A stretch of DNA of 64,000 nt, taken from positions 14,790,912-14,854,911 of the forward strand of contig NC_092675.1 of assembly GCF_964355755.1 (NCBI RefSeq), read 5' to 3'. This document shows, piece after piece, positions 62,244 to 64,000 of the stretch (positions within the stretch are counted from its first letter, which is position 1; every line of letters starts with the position of its first letter). The translations under genes were made by a program, and so were the position numbers. The notes under the pieces are model-generated. The model had not been told where the DNA came from. It did no database searches and saw nothing but the letters and a program-made list of their open reading frames with translations. This DNA is from Antedon mediterranea. Taxonomy: Eukaryota; Animalia; Echinodermata.

Positions 62244-62788
62244 TTAATACACAAAATGCTAAGATCAAAATTACTATTCCTTGTAGATGATGTTTGAACT
62301 TGATGTAGTGGAGCTTGATGAAGCTGGATTTTACTGTTATATTATCAAGCTAAATGACACACCATTTTCAGCAGTAAAAAATCTTTCTTATAGATTGGCT
62401 CAATCATTCAGTGCATAATATCTTTCCTCAGAACATGACATAAATGCAAGGATTTGAAAAGTTGCCACAAACTTTGGAAGACTCGCCAGTTGTGACTGGA
62501 GCCTTAAAAAACAGTTTGACACTGCGAACTAAATTCACAATGTACAAAATCTGTGTCCAGAGCATATTGTTCTATGGGAGTGAAGTGTAGATCCTATATC
62601 AATGTTATTGATGTAATATATACGTGTGATGTTATTAGCCAAGTTAAGAAAACATTGGAGGTACAATCCGTCCTTTAAAATGCAATACTACACGATGTAG
62701 GAAATCATTGGTCCACAACTCAATACATGTCTCCAACTCAACATTTCAAAGATAAATAAGTTTTTATCCCTCTTGTAACCATGTAATT

Positions 62789-63972
62789 TTTAGGTGATCA
62801 TTTAGAATAAAATGATCACCTATTGTTATTGTATGCAATCTTATTAGTTATCCGCAGATAACTCCTTGTAACTGTCCAGTTTCATCATCTTTTTTTTCTG
62901 AATTCTTCTTTCTTTCTGTCATTTTTGTGCAGAGTGTATCTCTAAAACGTGTAAACATAACATTTCATAACTTTGTCAACATGTGGGCATTCACGTGAAG
63001 TTGTGCACCTGCTATTGTGAATGACGTAAGAGTTGCGCAACGGTACTTCCGTGCGTTTTTAACATAGATCGAAAACCATATAACATTTTAATTTGAAACT
63101 TAGCAAAAGTTTAATTTATGTCTTGCGCTAACTGACTGTGGAAAAAAAAGGCATGTTTCACACGAAACTAGTGGATTGTAGATACAAAATCATGTTAACA
63201 TTTTGCCAATCGGATGTTGTGACGTCATCATATGGCCACTTGACTTTAAAAACTTAAAGTCGTATTTTCTTCTTTTGCGTCATAGTTGCATTTAAAAGAG
63301 CGCGCATCAATATTTCACGTATTCAAATCTACTCTACAGGTTAATAATATGTTGTTGCTGAGATAATTTCCTTCCGAAATTGCTACCTTCGCGTTTCATT
63401 TTGAAACCGTCAACATTTGGAATAAATAGCGGGTCCCGTAATTTCACCTATTCTACATTGTATGTGATATGTATACAGATTATCCTGTGTATACTATATG
63501 ACACAAAATAACAGAATTCAGCAATAACAACATATCATATTCTTTTAGTTCATGTCATAATGCCATAATCTTTTTCTGTGTGCAATATTCCAACGTATGA
63601 CGTGCACGAGGCGTTTGTTGTGCGGATAACTAACTCGTCAAAGTGACGAGTTTCATGTCTAGTTTGTACCAAACCAAAAGACATTTCAAATTGAAACTTA
63701 AGAAAAGTTTAATTTATATCATGCGCTAACTTTCTATAGAAAAAAAATTGCGTGTTTTACACAAAGTTACGCGTGCACGCGCATTTAAAATTTCAGAATA
63801 AGCAAAATTAATTTCTAATCAACTTTCTACACGTTTCATGTTGTTTCAAGCATGTAAAAAATTCCCACGCGTGCGCACACGTAGCATTGAAAACATATTT
63901 TTTTCGCGTGATTTATGTTTTTCCAGCCTTTTCTAGTAATTTTACCAAATTTTAAACAATTTCGACTTAAAG
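62789..63972 (+). mobile_element. Nested HINEs: A-type 5' end with a C-type element (about 62842-63664) inserted about 50 bp inside
   Basis: taggtgatcatttagaataaaatgatcaccta, then ttagttatccgcagataact ... gcggataactaactcgtcaaagtgacgagtttcatgtCTAGtt. HINE-like sequence continues to about 63972. Confidence 0.75.
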
Positions 63973-64000
63973 TAGGTATCCCAATGAAAAAATTCAGATT

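Overview
AT-rich, intron-rich eukaryotic DNA from a marine-invertebrate-like metazoan (echinoderm-like by repeat style; inference only). There are no prokaryotic features and no CRISPR array. Two host genes lie on the minus strand. The first is MFSD12, with nine exons traced by hand with GT-AG sites and consistent phases (61594 down to the stop at 25197; its first exon lies beyond 64000). The second is the first coding exon and promoter of MED26 (4820-4758), which the ORF track misses. The rest is mostly decayed transposons: two Penelope-like retroelements (PLEs), an RTE LINE, an L2/CR1 LINE split by an Academ-type element, an Academ transposase relic, Helitron and Helentron-type (HINE) elements, and MULE-, hAT-, P- and Kolobok-like MITEs and satellites. 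Highlights: (1) PLE-type minimal hammerhead ribozymes with three different 3-8 core pairs (G3-C8, A3-U8, C3-G8) in one MFSD12 intron, two copies of them on the pre-mRNA sense strand; (2) a three-deep Russian-doll nest of HINEs that insert next to their relatives' termini; (3) an acidic dileucine sorting motif in the MFSD12 C-terminal tail. All coordinates were read by eye, and family names come from recalled motifs, not database searches.
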